The notes under the pieces: model-generated | Seen by the model: the letters and a program-made list of their open reading frames with translations, nothing else | Told to the model about the DNA's origin: nothing | Databases searched by the model: none | Part shown: piece after piece, positions 25,184-35,427 of the stretch | Layout of the letters: every line of letters starts with the position of its first letter | Position numbering within the stretch: position 1 is the first letter of the stretch | Position numbers and translations under genes: made by a program | NCBI GenBank assembly: GCA_944392775.1 | Contig: CALXXV010000011.1 | Span: 8,315-72,314 of the forward strand | DNA length: 64,000 nucleotides | Reading direction: 5' to 3' | Source of the DNA: an uncultured Alphaproteobacteria bacterium | GTDB lineage: Bacteria; Pseudomonadota; Alphaproteobacteria; Rs-D84

Positions 25184-28100
25184 ATGGCAGTTATCCAGAA
25201 ACTTAGAAAATCTTTTGGTAAAAGTTTTTTGCAAACTCCGCTTCCTGATTTAGTTGAAATTCAATATAATTCTTACAAAGATTTCTTACAGGATGACGTT
25301 GACCCACAAAATAGAAAAAATATAGGGTTGCAGAACGTATTTTCTTCAATGTTTCCGATAAAAGATTATGCAGGTATTGCAGATCTTGAATTCGTAGAAT
25401 ATACATTAGATAAGCCTGTATATAATGTTAAAGAATGTATGCTGCGGAATTTGACTTATTCCAGCAAGTTAAAGTTGAAGCTGAGATTGATTTTATGGGA
25501 TGTCGCAGAAGATGGAAAAAAGACTTTGCGCGATATCAAAGAACAAGAAATATTCATGGGCGAAGTGCCGTTAATGACAGAACGCGGTAGTTTTATTGCT
25601 GCCGGTGTTGAACGTGTCATAGTTTCTCAGATGCACCGCGCACAAGGTGTTGTTTTTGCAACTACTAAAGAAGCTAAGATCGCCGGTAACCCGATTACAT
25701 ACACAGCACGTATCATACCAGAACATGGTAGCTGGATTGATTTTGAAGAATATAAAGGTATAATTTACGTAAGAATTGATCGTCGTCGTAAAATTCCTGC
25801 AACGGTTTTATTACGTTGTTTACCGGCTGCTGAAGATGAAAAAAAATGGTTGGCTGATCCAAGAAAATCAAATATACGTGGTATGGATGATACCGAAATT
25901 TTGGGGGCTTTTTATAAACGTATGCCATTGGTTTTTGATGGAAAAATGTGGATTGGCGAAACGTCTGTTTTTGAGGGTTTAGATAAATATCGTTTAAATT
26001 ATGATTTAATAAACCCTAAGAATAAAAAAGCATTGGCAAATAAAGGTGACCGTATGAACGCCAAGCGTCTGTCAAAAATTGTGGCGGAATCAAAAGAATA
26101 CGGTATTATGCCAGAAGCGTTAGTCGGGGAATATTTATTTGATCCGATTATGAATGGGGAGGATGTTTTGTTCCCTGCAGGTACAGAAATCACAGAAGAA
26201 GTATTGGCAGATATTGAAAAATTGGGTATCAAAAATATTTCTTTGATTTCTATTGATAATACAACAAGCAGTGCACATATGCGCAATACTTTGATGGCCG
26301 ATAAGACCACAAATCGTGAAGAAGCATTGATTGAAATTTATAATATTATCAGACCTGGTGAACGTCCGACATTAGAAGCTGCAATTAATTTGTTTATGCG
26401 TCAAGGATTTGATCCTGCATATTATGATTTATCTGCAGTCGGCCGTTTCAAGATGAATAAGCGTTTGAAGATAGATTCTGGTAAAAAGCCAGAAGACGAA
26501 CGTTTGTTAACAAAGGCGGATTTCTTGGCTGTATTGAAAACTTTGGCTAATATAATAGACCATAAAGATACAGTTGATGATATCGATAATTTGTCTAATC
26601 GTCGCGTACGTACAGTTGGAGAATTATTAGAACAGAATTTCCGTACAGGTATGGTTCGTATTGAACGCTTGGTTCGTGAAAGTTTATCTTCACCTAATAT
26701 TGCGAATATGCAACCACAAGACGTTATTAATGTAAAGCCATTGATGTCTTTGGTTTCAGAGTTCTTAGGTACATCACAGTTATCTCAGTTTATGGATGCG
26801 TATAATCCATTATCAGAAGTAGAACATAAACGTTTGATTTCTGCATTAGGTCCTGGTGGTTTGAACCGTGAACGCGCAGGTATTGATGTCCGAGACGTTC
26901 ATCCAACGCATTACGGTAGATTGTGTCCAATTCACACACCAGAAGGTGCAAACATTGGATTAATAAATCACTTAGCTTCTTACGCTAGGGTAAATCCATA
27001 CGGATTTATTGAAACGCCATATTATGTCGTAGAAAACAGTAAAATTACCGATAAAATGGTTTATTTAACAGCAGACGAAGAATTGGGACATAAGATTGCG
27101 CAGGGAAATACACCTACAACATCTAATGGTGTTTTGGCGGAAGATATGGTTACGGCACGTGTTGACGGTGAATTTACGATGGTGCCAAAAGAAGAAGTTG
27201 ACTTAATCGACGTTGAACCGCGTCAGGTAGTATCTATTGCGACAGGCTTGATACCGTTCGTAGAAAACGACGACGCAAACCGTGCTTTGATGGGGTCAAA
27301 CATGCAGCGTCAGGCGGTTCCTTTGTTGCGTGTTCAAGCACCACTTGTTGGAACGGGGATTGAGCGTGAAGTTGCACGTGATTCCAGAACAGGTAAGGTT
27401 GCAAAACATAGTGGTATCGTTGAATCTGTTGATGCAAATCGTATTGTTGTAAAGTGCATGAACAGTCGCAACGTTGTAACAGGTGTTGATATTTACAATT
27501 TAGAAAAGTTTGAACGTAGTAATAGCGAAACTTTGATTCATCAGAAGCCTTTGGTTAAGGTTGGTGACCGTGTATCTGCAGGTGATATTATTGCAGACGG
27601 TTCTTCTATGAATTATGGTGAATTGGCGTTGGGACGCAATGTATTGGTAGCTTTCGTTCCATGGCGTGGTTATAACTATGAAGACTCTATTGTTATATCA
27701 GAACGCATTTCACGTGATGATGCATTTACATCTGTAAAGATTGTTGAAAAAGAATTTAAAGTTCGTGATACTCAATTGGGGCCGGAAAGTTTTACGCGTG
27801 ATATTCCAAATGTTAGTGAGGAAGCGCTTAAGAATTTGGATGAATCCGGTATTATTTATGTTGGGGCGCGTGTAAAGCAGGGTGATATTTTGGTAGGACG
27901 TGTTTCTCCGAAATCAGAAACTTTATTAACGCCAGAAGAAGCTTTATTGCGAAATATTTTTGGTGAAAAGGCTTTGAATGTAAAAGATACGTCTTTACGT
28001 GTTGGACCAAACGAAGAGGGTACTGTCATCGGAGTAAACGTTCTTACGCGTCATGGTGTAAAGAAAGACGAACGTACACAGATGATCGAACTTCAAAAAA

Positions 28101-29320
28101 TTGAAAAGATAAACAAAGATCGTGAAGAAGAAACTTCTATCATAGAAAAGGGCTTTGCAGATCAAGTATATCAGATTGCAGAAGGGCAGATTATAGATTC
28201 TGGTACAGGTAGCTTGAAACCTTTTGTCGGTAAAAAGCTTACTGAAGAAGTATTTGAAGGGATCAAGCCTGCAGATGTAAAGAAACTGGTTGTACGTAAT
28301 AAAGAGGCCCAAGCAAAAATTGATGAATTACGTGAACAGCATGTTGCTAAATTGAAAGCATTAAATGAAAAAGCTGATGCAGAAGTAGCAAAAGTAACTG
28401 AAAGTAATTCTTTAGCAGCGGGCGTATTAAAAGAAGTAAAAGTTTATATCGCTCATAAAATGAAGTTACAACCTGGTGATAAGATGGCTGGACGTCACGG
28501 TAACAAAGGTATTGTATCTAAGGTTGTACCAATTGAAGATATGCCATATATGGAAGATGGTACACCAGTTGATATAGTATTAAATCCTTTGGGCGTACCA
28601 AGTCGTATGAATATCGGTCAGATATTGGAAACACACCTTGGTATGGCTGCGCGTACATTAGGTCAGCAGATCGGTGAAGTTTTAGAAGAAGTAAAACAGA
28701 AACGCGCTGTAACAGATGATTTGCGTACAATTATGGGTAAGGTTTACGGCAAAGACGCTGCTGAAAAGCTTGACAAGATGACAGATACGGATATTCGTGC
28801 AGAAGCGGCATTGTTAAAGGATGGGGTTCCTATGGCAACACCAACTTTTGATGGTGCAACACCAGACGATATTCGTTCAATGTTGAAGTTAGCCAAACTG
28901 CCAGAATCAGGACAGTTCACGTTGTATGATGGTATGACGGGAGAAAAGTTTGCACGTCCTGTGACTGTCGGTGTGATGTACATGCTGAAACTGCATCACT
29001 TCGTTGATGAAAAGATTCATGCACGTTCAATTGGTAATTATTCTTTGGTAACACAGCAACCGTTGTCTGGTAAGGCCCACATGGGTGGTCAGCGTTTAGG
29101 TGAAATGGAAGTATGGGCATTAGAAGCACATGGTGCAGCCCACTTACTGCGCGAAATGTTGACTGTAAAGTCTGATGATATTGTTGGTCGTACAAAAATG
29201 TATGAATCAATAATATCTGGTAGTAACGATATTCAGACAGGTACTCCGGAAGCCTTTAACGTATTCGTTCGCGAATTGCGTGGATTAGGTTTGGCTATGA
29301 CACCGAAGAAATTAGATTAA
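25184..29320 (+). CDS. rpoB: DNA-directed RNA polymerase subunit beta
   Basis: Full-length RpoB with motifs GPGGLNRERAG, NMQRQAVPL and GRHGNKGIVS. The ATG at 25184 is preferred. Confidence 0.98.
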   Translation: MAVIQKLRKSFGKSFLQTPLPDLVEIQYNSYKDFLQDDVDPQNRKNIGLQNVFSSMFPIKDYAGIADLEFVEYTLDKPVYNVKECMLRNLTYSSKLKLKLRLILWDVAEDGKKTLRDIKEQEIFMGEVPLMTERGSFIAAGVERVIVSQMHRAQGVVFATTKEAKIAGNPITYTARIIPEHGSWIDFEEYKGIIYVRIDRRRKIPATVLLRCLPAAEDEKKWLADPRKSNIRGMDDTEILGAFYKRMPLVFDGKMWIGETSVFEGLDKYRLNYDLINPKNKKALANKGDRMNAKRLSKIVAESKEYGIMPEALVGEYLFDPIMNGEDVLFPAGTEITEEVLADIEKLGIKNISLISIDNTTSSAHMRNTLMADKTTNREEALIEIYNIIRPGERPTLEAAINLFMRQGFDPAYYDLSAVGRFKMNKRLKIDSGKKPEDERLLTKADFLAVLKTLANIIDHKDTVDDIDNLSNRRVRTVGELLEQNFRTGMVRIERLVRESLSSPNIANMQPQDVINVKPLMSLVSEFLGTSQLSQFMDAYNPLSEVEHKRLISALGPGGLNRERAGIDVRDVHPTHYGRLCPIHTPEGANIGLINHLASYARVNPYGFIETPYYVVENSKITDKMVYLTADEELGHKIAQGNTPTTSNGVLAEDMVTARVDGEFTMVPKEEVDLIDVEPRQVVSIATGLIPFVENDDANRALMGSNMQRQAVPLLRVQAPLVGTGIEREVARDSRTGKVAKHSGIVESVDANRIVVKCMNSRNVVTGVDIYNLEKFERSNSETLIHQKPLVKVGDRVSAGDIIADGSSMNYGELALGRNVLVAFVPWRGYNYEDSIVISERISRDDAFTSVKIVEKEFKVRDTQLGPESFTRDIPNVSEEALKNLDESGIIYVGARVKQGDILVGRVSPKSETLLTPEEALLRNIFGEKALNVKDTSLRVGPNEEGTVIGVNVLTRHGVKKDERTQMIELQKIEKINKDREEETSIIEKGFADQVYQIAEGQIIDSGTGSLKPFVGKKLTEEVFEGIKPADVKKLVVRNKEAQAKIDELREQHVAKLKALNEKADAEVAKVTESNSLAAGVLKEVKVYIAHKMKLQPGDKMAGRHGNKGIVSKVVPIEDMPYMEDGTPVDIVLNPLGVPSRMNIGQILETHLGMAARTLGQQIGEVLEEVKQKRAVTDDLRTIMGKVYGKDAAEKLDKMTDTDIRAEAALLKDGVPMATPTFDGATPDDIRSMLKLAKLPESGQFTLYDGMTGEKFARPVTVGVMYMLKLHHFVDEKIHARSIGNYSLVTQQPLSGKAHMGGQRLGEMEVWALEAHGAAHLLREMLTVKSDDIVGRTKMYESIISGSNDIQTGTPEAFNVFVRELRGLGLAMTPKKLD

Positions 29321-29403
29321 GTGGCGGCGGCTGGGCATCATTACCTTTTTGGGTAATGCCGCCAGCCACGTGGTACTTTTAGCGACTGAAAGGAGCAAAA
29401 TAC

Positions 29404-32400
29404 ATGACCAATATGTTGCAGAAGATATTTGGACAAATTGAAACCAAGGAACAGTTTGATGCATTGCGTATCACTATTGCGTCACCAGAAGAAATTCTTT
29501 CTTGGTCACATGGCGAAGTTAAAAAGCCAGAAACTATAAATTATCATTCTCTTAAGCCAGAGCCAGAGGGTTTGTTTTGTCAGCAAATCTTTGGACCAGT
29601 TAAAGATTATGAATGTGCTTGTGGTAAGTATAAAAGAATTAAATTCCGCGGCGTTGTTTGTGAACGTTGCGGTGTAGAAGTTGGGTCTTCTACCGTTCGT
29701 CGTGAACGTATGGGGCATATTAAGTTGGCTATGCCTGTTGCGCATACATGGTTCTTGCGTGAAGGTAAAATTGCGACATTGTTAAATAATTTGCCTCAGA
29801 AGAAATTGGAACAAGTTATTTCTTATGATGCATATATTGTTATTGAACCTGGTTTAACAAACTTAAAACAATATGATGTTATCAGTGAAGATGAATATCA
29901 AAATGCAGTTGAAGAATTCGGTGCAGATGCATTTCATGTAGGCATTGGTGCAGAAGGAATCAGAAGCATAATTGCTAATCTGGATATGGGAGATGAACGT
30001 ACTCGCTTGCGCGCTGAATTAGCAGAAACAAAGTCAGAAGCAAAACGCAAGGCGTTAATCAAACAGTTGAAATTGGTTGAGGCATTTTTAGATTCTAAGA
30101 CAGATCCTGCATGGATGTTGCCTGATGTTATTCCTGTAATACCACCTGATATGCGTCCGTTGGTTACATTAGATGCGGGGCATGTTGCTGCATCTGATTT
30201 GAATGATTTATATCGTCGTGTAATCATCCGTAACAACCGTTTGAAAAGATTTATGGAAATGCATGCGCCTGAAATCATTGTTCGTAATGAAAAGCGTATG
30301 TTGCAAGAAGCGGTAGACTCTTTGTTCGATAATGGGCATAAAGCACGTCCAATGGTTTCACAAAATCGTCGTCCATTAAAGTCTTTGTCTGATTCTTTGC
30401 GCGGTAAATCGGGTCGTTTCCGTATGAACATGTTGGGTAAACGTGTTGATTACTCTGGACGTTCTGTAATTGTGTCTGGGCCATCTTTGAAATTACATCA
30501 GGTTGGTTTGCCAAAGACAATGGCATTGGAATTGTTCAAACCATTCGTTTATGCAAGATTGTTGGCTGGCGATTATGCTAATACATTAAAGACCGCACGC
30601 AAGATGGTCGAAAACGGTGAAGATATTGTTTGGGAAATCTTGGAAAAAGTTATTTACCAACACCCAGTATTGTTAAACCGTGCGCCTACGTTGCATAGAT
30701 TGTCTTTGTTAGCATTCGAACCTGTATTGATTGAAGGTAAGGCAATTCGTTTGCACCCATTGGTATGTAAGGGCTTTAATGCTGACTTTGACGGTGATCA
30801 GATGTCCGTTCACGTTCCTATTTCATTGGAAGCGCAGTTGGAAGCACGTACATTGATGTTATCTTCTAATAACGTGTTATCTCCTGCAAACGGTGAGCCA
30901 ATGATTGTTCCATCTCAAGACATGGTTTTAGGAGTTTACTATATTTCCTTGATAAATGGTGAACACACAGAAAAATCACCACGTTTTGCGAATATGGATG
31001 AAGTACAGTTGGCTTTGGAAAACAAGACAATAACTTTGCATACGCCTATTATTGCACGTATTAATGGTAAAACATACAAGACAACGGCAGGTCGTATGAT
31101 TTTGGGTGAATTGTTGCCAAAGTCTGAAAATATGCCGTTTGATTTGGTAAACAAGGTTATGCCGGTAAAAGAAATCAAAGCATTACTAGCAACAACATAC
31201 GAACGTTGCGGTGATAAAGAAACGATTTTATTAGCGGATGCTTTGAAGAATACTGGGTTTGAACAGGCAGCACGAAGTGGTATTTCTATCGGTTTCGATG
31301 ACATCGTCATTCCAGAAGAAAAGAAAGAAATGATTGCAGAAGCCGAAAAAGCCGCAGAAGAAATCGAAGAACAGTATCAGAACGGTTTGTTATCTGGTGG
31401 TGAAAGACATAATAAGTTGATCGACTTGTGGCAGAAAACAACTGATAAGTTAGGTGATTTGGCTTATGCAGCATTGGGTAAAACAACCGGTGATAATTGG
31501 AATTCTGTGTTGATGATGGCTTTGTCTGGTGCACGTGGTTCTAAACGTCAGATTCAGCAGTTAGCTGGTATGCGTGGTATGATGCAGAAGCCAGACGGTT
31601 CTATTATTGAAGTTCCTATTATTTCGAACTTTAAGGAAGGTTTGACTATGTCTGAATACTTTACGTCTACTCACGGTGCACGTAAAGGTATGTCGGATAC
31701 GGCTTTGAAGACGGCTGACGCTGGTTATTTGACACGTCGTTTGGTCGAATTGGCTCAGAATACTGTTATTACAGAACATGATTGTGGTACAAAAGAATAC
31801 ATAACGGCAAAACCTGTATATCAGGGAAGTACCTTATCCGTTCCTCTTGGTGATGTTGTTTTAGGGCGTACCGCAGCACATGATATTGTTCATCCTATAA
31901 CAAAAGAGGTCATTGTACCTGAAGGTGAGTTAATTACAAAGACTGCGGCAAAGAAGATAAATGAATCTGGACTACCAAGCGTTGATGTTCGCAGTGTTCT
32001 GACATGCTGCAGTGACGGTTTATGTGCAAAATGTTATGGTATGGATTTGTCACGTAATGCGCTGGTTCATGTCGGTGAAGCAGTCGGTGTTATCGCAGGT
32101 CAATCCATTGGTGAACCTGGTACTCAGTTGACATTGCGTACCTTCCATATTGGTGGTGTTGCAGCAGGTGGGGCAGAAAGTCACTTTATCGAAGTTCCTG
32201 TTTCTGGTACTATCAAATTGACGGGTGTGAATACTATTAAAAATTCCGCAGGTCGAATAGTTGTACTTTCAAGAAATGGTGAATTAGCTGTTGTTGATGA
32301 TAAGGGTGAAAAACTGTTTACAAGTGGTTTGCCTTATGCGTCTATGTTGATCGTTAATGATGGTGATAAGGTTGAAAAGGGGGCAAAGGTTGCAGAATGG

Positions 32401-33513
32401 GATCCTTATTCAAATACTATCATCGCGGAAAAAGATGGAATTGTTCAATTTAATGACCTAATAGAAAATGTATCATATCAAGAAGAAGTAGATTCTATGA
32501 CTGGTATCGTTTCGCGTAAGGTTATAAATTGGAAATCTAATACAAAGAAAGCATTGAATCCTTCTATTACTTTAGTAGACGATAAGGGACAAATCATTTC
32601 TTTGGGTGGTAAGAAGATTGCTGAATACTTATTGCCTATGTATTCTATCTTAAACGTAGCAAACGGTGCAACAGTCGCTGCGGGTGACGTTTTAGCAAGA
32701 ATTCCTGTTCAATCAAAACGTACAAGCGATATTACCGGTGGTTTGCCACGTGTTAACGAATTGTTAGAAGTTCGTCGTCCTGCAAATCCGGCCTTACTTG
32801 CTGAAATTGATGGTACAATTGAATTAGAAGATGCTAAATCCAAGATAATTGTCCGTATCGTTCCTGATGATGGTACCGCGCCAGTTGAATATGCTGTACC
32901 AAAGGGTACAAACTTATTAGTTCGCAGCGGTGACGTTGTCAGAAAAGCAGATAAGCTGGTTGATGGTGATCCTGTACCACAAGATATCTTGCGTATTTTG
33001 GGACAGAAAGCATTGGCAACATTTATGGTTGAACAGATACAGCAAGTTTATCGTCTGCAGGGTGTGGTAATTAACGATAAGCATATTGAAATATTGATAC
33101 GTGAAATGACGCGTCGTGTAGAAATTACAAACCCAGGTGATACAGGGTTCTTGATGGGGCAAGTTGTTGATCGTGTAGATTTCGAAGAAGAAAATGATCG
33201 GGTTGTTCGTGATGGTGGAAAGCCGGCAGAAGCTTCACAGGTATTGGTTGGTTTGACACGTGCATCATTGACAAGTCGTTCATTTATATCTAATGCTTCG
33301 TTCCAACAGACAACGAAAGTATTGGTTGATGCAGCGATTAGCGGTGCGACAGATAAATTGGTTGGTATTAATGAAAACTTAATCGTTGGTCGTTTGATAC
33401 CAATTGGAACAGGTGCATATGTTCGTCGTGTTCGTGAAATTGCGAAAGAAGAAGAAAGGGCCGAAAAATTAGCTCGTGAAGGTGGAAACCAACAGCAGTT
33501 GTTGGATATCTAA
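29404..33513 (+). CDS. rpoC: DNA-directed RNA polymerase subunit beta prime
   Basis: Zn-binding motif CACGKYKRIKFRGVVCERCGVEV and catalytic NADFDGDQM. Confidence 0.98.
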   Translation: MTNMLQKIFGQIETKEQFDALRITIASPEEILSWSHGEVKKPETINYHSLKPEPEGLFCQQIFGPVKDYECACGKYKRIKFRGVVCERCGVEVGSSTVRRERMGHIKLAMPVAHTWFLREGKIATLLNNLPQKKLEQVISYDAYIVIEPGLTNLKQYDVISEDEYQNAVEEFGADAFHVGIGAEGIRSIIANLDMGDERTRLRAELAETKSEAKRKALIKQLKLVEAFLDSKTDPAWMLPDVIPVIPPDMRPLVTLDAGHVAASDLNDLYRRVIIRNNRLKRFMEMHAPEIIVRNEKRMLQEAVDSLFDNGHKARPMVSQNRRPLKSLSDSLRGKSGRFRMNMLGKRVDYSGRSVIVSGPSLKLHQVGLPKTMALELFKPFVYARLLAGDYANTLKTARKMVENGEDIVWEILEKVIYQHPVLLNRAPTLHRLSLLAFEPVLIEGKAIRLHPLVCKGFNADFDGDQMSVHVPISLEAQLEARTLMLSSNNVLSPANGEPMIVPSQDMVLGVYYISLINGEHTEKSPRFANMDEVQLALENKTITLHTPIIARINGKTYKTTAGRMILGELLPKSENMPFDLVNKVMPVKEIKALLATTYERCGDKETILLADALKNTGFEQAARSGISIGFDDIVIPEEKKEMIAEAEKAAEEIEEQYQNGLLSGGERHNKLIDLWQKTTDKLGDLAYAALGKTTGDNWNSVLMMALSGARGSKRQIQQLAGMRGMMQKPDGSIIEVPIISNFKEGLTMSEYFTSTHGARKGMSDTALKTADAGYLTRRLVELAQNTVITEHDCGTKEYITAKPVYQGSTLSVPLGDVVLGRTAAHDIVHPITKEVIVPEGELITKTAAKKINESGLPSVDVRSVLTCCSDGLCAKCYGMDLSRNALVHVGEAVGVIAGQSIGEPGTQLTLRTFHIGGVAAGGAESHFIEVPVSGTIKLTGVNTIKNSAGRIVVLSRNGELAVVDDKGEKLFTSGLPYASMLIVNDGDKVEKGAKVAEWDPYSNTIIAEKDGIVQFNDLIENVSYQEEVDSMTGIVSRKVINWKSNTKKALNPSITLVDDKGQIISLGGKKIAEYLLPMYSILNVANGATVAAGDVLARIPVQSKRTSDITGGLPRVNELLEVRRPANPALLAEIDGTIELEDAKSKIIVRIVPDDGTAPVEYAVPKGTNLLVRSGDVVRKADKLVDGDPVPQDILRILGQKALATFMVEQIQQVYRLQGVVINDKHIEILIREMTRRVEITNPGDTGFLMGQVVDRVDFEEENDRVVRDGGKPAEASQVLVGLTRASLTSRSFISNASFQQTTKVLVDAAISGATDKLVGINENLIVGRLIPIGTGAYVRRVREIAKEEERAEKLAREGGNQQQLLDI

Positions 33514-33589
33514 ATATAGTGAGCTGCTAAAACTTAAACGCTCGATGTACTTTTAGTTGTAAAGTATGTCGGGCGTTATAGGTTAAAAG

Positions 33590-33988
33590 ATGAAAGAAAT
33601 TCCTGCGATATTTTGTGATATAGATGGCGTTGTAAATAAAAAGTTTGCAATCGCTAACTATGACCGTTTTGGGGAACCTAATGAAAATATGATAAAGGTT
33701 CTGGAAACATTAGGACAGGACTTTACGATTGTCTTTATAACAGGTCGTTGGGCAATGGGACAAAAAAACGTTGAAAATCATATAAATTCTTTATTACCCA
33801 ACATAAAGAAACGTATTTTTTGTAAACCTCATGATTATCCTGGCACAACAGCTGAATACAAATTGGCAACAATAATAGCTTTGGAAAAACAGGGGTACAA
33901 GTTTTATATGGGGCTTGATGATCATAGTGCGGTTATAGGATTGATGCATAATCATGGTATGTTCGTTGCCCAAGTAATATCAGATTAA
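33590..33988 (+). CDS. Small HAD-superfamily phosphatase-like protein (132 aa)
   Basis: N-terminal DxDGV (IFCDIDGVVNKK), FITGR motif and a late GLDD motif. Confidence 0.55.
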   Translation: MKEIPAIFCDIDGVVNKKFAIANYDRFGEPNENMIKVLETLGQDFTIVFITGRWAMGQKNVENHINSLLPNIKKRIFCKPHDYPGTTAEYKLATIIALEKQGYKFYMGLDDHSAVIGLMHNHGMFVAQVISD

Positions 33989-34052
33989 AGTTTTTCTTGC
34001 AAAAGCGTAAGATTTTAATAAAATATCAAACTGTAAATAAAAGGATAGAAAA

Positions 34053-34202
34053 ATGGCAACGCCAAAAAGTAAAACAAGTAAAGCACGTTCTGCACAGCGT
34101 CGCTCTCATGACGCTTTGTCAATAATGCCTTGCGGTGTATGTAAGGTGTGCGGTGAAAAAAAACGTCCGCATCATGTATGTCCTGCATGTGGCGCAAAAT
34201 AA
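34053..34202 (+). CDS. rpmF: 50S ribosomal protein L32 (49 aa, below the ORF-track cutoff)
   Basis: MATPKSKTSKARSAQRRSHDAL...CGVCKVCGEKKRPHHVCPACG. Preceded by AAGGATAG. Classical position ahead of plsX. Confidence 0.9.
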   Translation: MATPKSKTSKARSAQRRSHDALSIMPCGVCKVCGEKKRPHHVCPACGAK

Positions 34203-34272
34203 TTTATATAAAGAAAGATGTCAAAGCAGAATGTTATAGCACATAAGTGCCTTTCTGCTTTTTTCATAAACT

Positions 34273-35340
34273 ATGTCGACAGAAAAAAAAATTATAGCTA
34301 TTGATGCAATGGGTGGGGACAAAGGTCCTAATGCCGTTCTTGGCGGTATGAATCAGTTTTTGTATCAAAACGGCGAAGACAAGGTATTTTTTCGTTTGTT
34401 CGGTGACGAAAAAATATTACGCAAATTATTGACTAAGTATCCACGAGTGGCTCGTAATTGCGAAGTAATTCATGCGCCAAACGCTATAAAAGGAACAGAT
34501 AAAGTTCGTGACGTTATTCGTCATTCTCAAGATACTTCTATGTATATGGCAATAAAGGATGTTCGCGAAGGGAATGCCGCTGCTGTGGTTAGTGCGGGTA
34601 ATACTGGCATTTTGATGTCTTTATCAAAGTTAGCGCTAAAAACAATTGACGGTATTTCAAGACCGGCAATTACAACTATGTTACCGTCTGGTGGCGGTGA
34701 TTCACGTGTGGTGGTTCTGGATCTTGGCGCTAACGTTCAATGCGATGAAGGTAATTTGTTTGATTTTGCTGTGCTTGGCAGCGTTTATGCAGAAGTTATC
34801 GGTAAAATGCCAAGACCAAAAGTAGGTGTTTTAAATATTGGCGAAGAAGACACAAAGGGTAATGAAACACTGCAGAAATTGAATAAGTTATTAAGTGCGC
34901 ATAAAGACGAATTACCATATGAATATATCGGTTTCGTAGAGGGAAATGATATAGGCGGAGGAAATGTGCAAGTTGTTGTTACTGACGGTTTTACAGGTAA
35001 TATAGTGTTAAAAACTGTTGAGGGTACGGCAAAGCTTATAAAGAGAGTTTTGGTTGATAACTTGAAAAAATCTGTTTTAGCTATAATCGGGGCGTTTTTT
35101 TTGGTTCATGTTTTTAAACGTTTGAAAAATAAAATTGATCCACGTTCTTATGCCGGTGCAACTTTCTTGGGGTTAAAAGGATTTGCGGTTAAAACGCATG
35201 GTAATAGTGATGCGCTTGCTTTTGCAAATTCTATAAAATATGCGGCAGATTTAACAGGGGCTAATTTAGATGGGTTGATAGAAGAAAGGGCTAAATCTGT
35301 ATCAAAAATTAGGGAAGAAATAATAAATCAAGACAAATAA
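34273..35340 (+). CDS. plsX: Phosphate acyltransferase PlsX
   Basis: Motifs IAIDAMGGDKGP, SAGNTG and TDGFTGNI. Confidence 0.95.
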   Translation: MSTEKKIIAIDAMGGDKGPNAVLGGMNQFLYQNGEDKVFFRLFGDEKILRKLLTKYPRVARNCEVIHAPNAIKGTDKVRDVIRHSQDTSMYMAIKDVREGNAAAVVSAGNTGILMSLSKLALKTIDGISRPAITTMLPSGGGDSRVVVLDLGANVQCDEGNLFDFAVLGSVYAEVIGKMPRPKVGVLNIGEEDTKGNETLQKLNKLLSAHKDELPYEYIGFVEGNDIGGGNVQVVVTDGFTGNIVLKTVEGTAKLIKRVLVDNLKKSVLAIIGAFFLVHVFKRLKNKIDPRSYAGATFLGLKGFAVKTHGNSDALAFANSIKYAADLTGANLDGLIEERAKSVSKIREEIINQDK

Positions 35341-35427
35341 AGCATCATTGTTATAATACTCTTTGTTTTGGGAATATATGAATATTGATATTGATCGCGT
35401 TTTGCGCGATTTTTTTATTGTATTTAA

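Noticed and set aside
24674-25234. 186-aa ORF antisense to rplL, plus many 60-170-aa antisense or out-of-frame ORFs inside rpoB, rpoC, yidC, kefB, virB genes and others
   Set aside because: These are shadow ORFs embedded in strongly supported genes. They have no Shine-Dalgarno sequences and show biased mirror-image composition (for example Ala-rich opposite the Ala-rich L7/L12 hinge).
29321-29403. Imperfect GC-rich hairpin in the rpoB-rpoC spacer
   Set aside because: The pairing is irregular and there is no T-tract. It is probably ordinary intercistronic structure with insufficient support for a feature call.
35341-35427. Searched the plsX-proximal border, and the other intergenic gaps of the 35-45 kb block, for a direct repeat of the tRNA-Arg 3' end (TGGTATCCCCAACAGGAATCGAACC) and for integrase or transposase genes
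   Set aside because: None was found by eye. The mobile-island interpretation is therefore kept only as a hypothesis, and no mobile_element feature is called.
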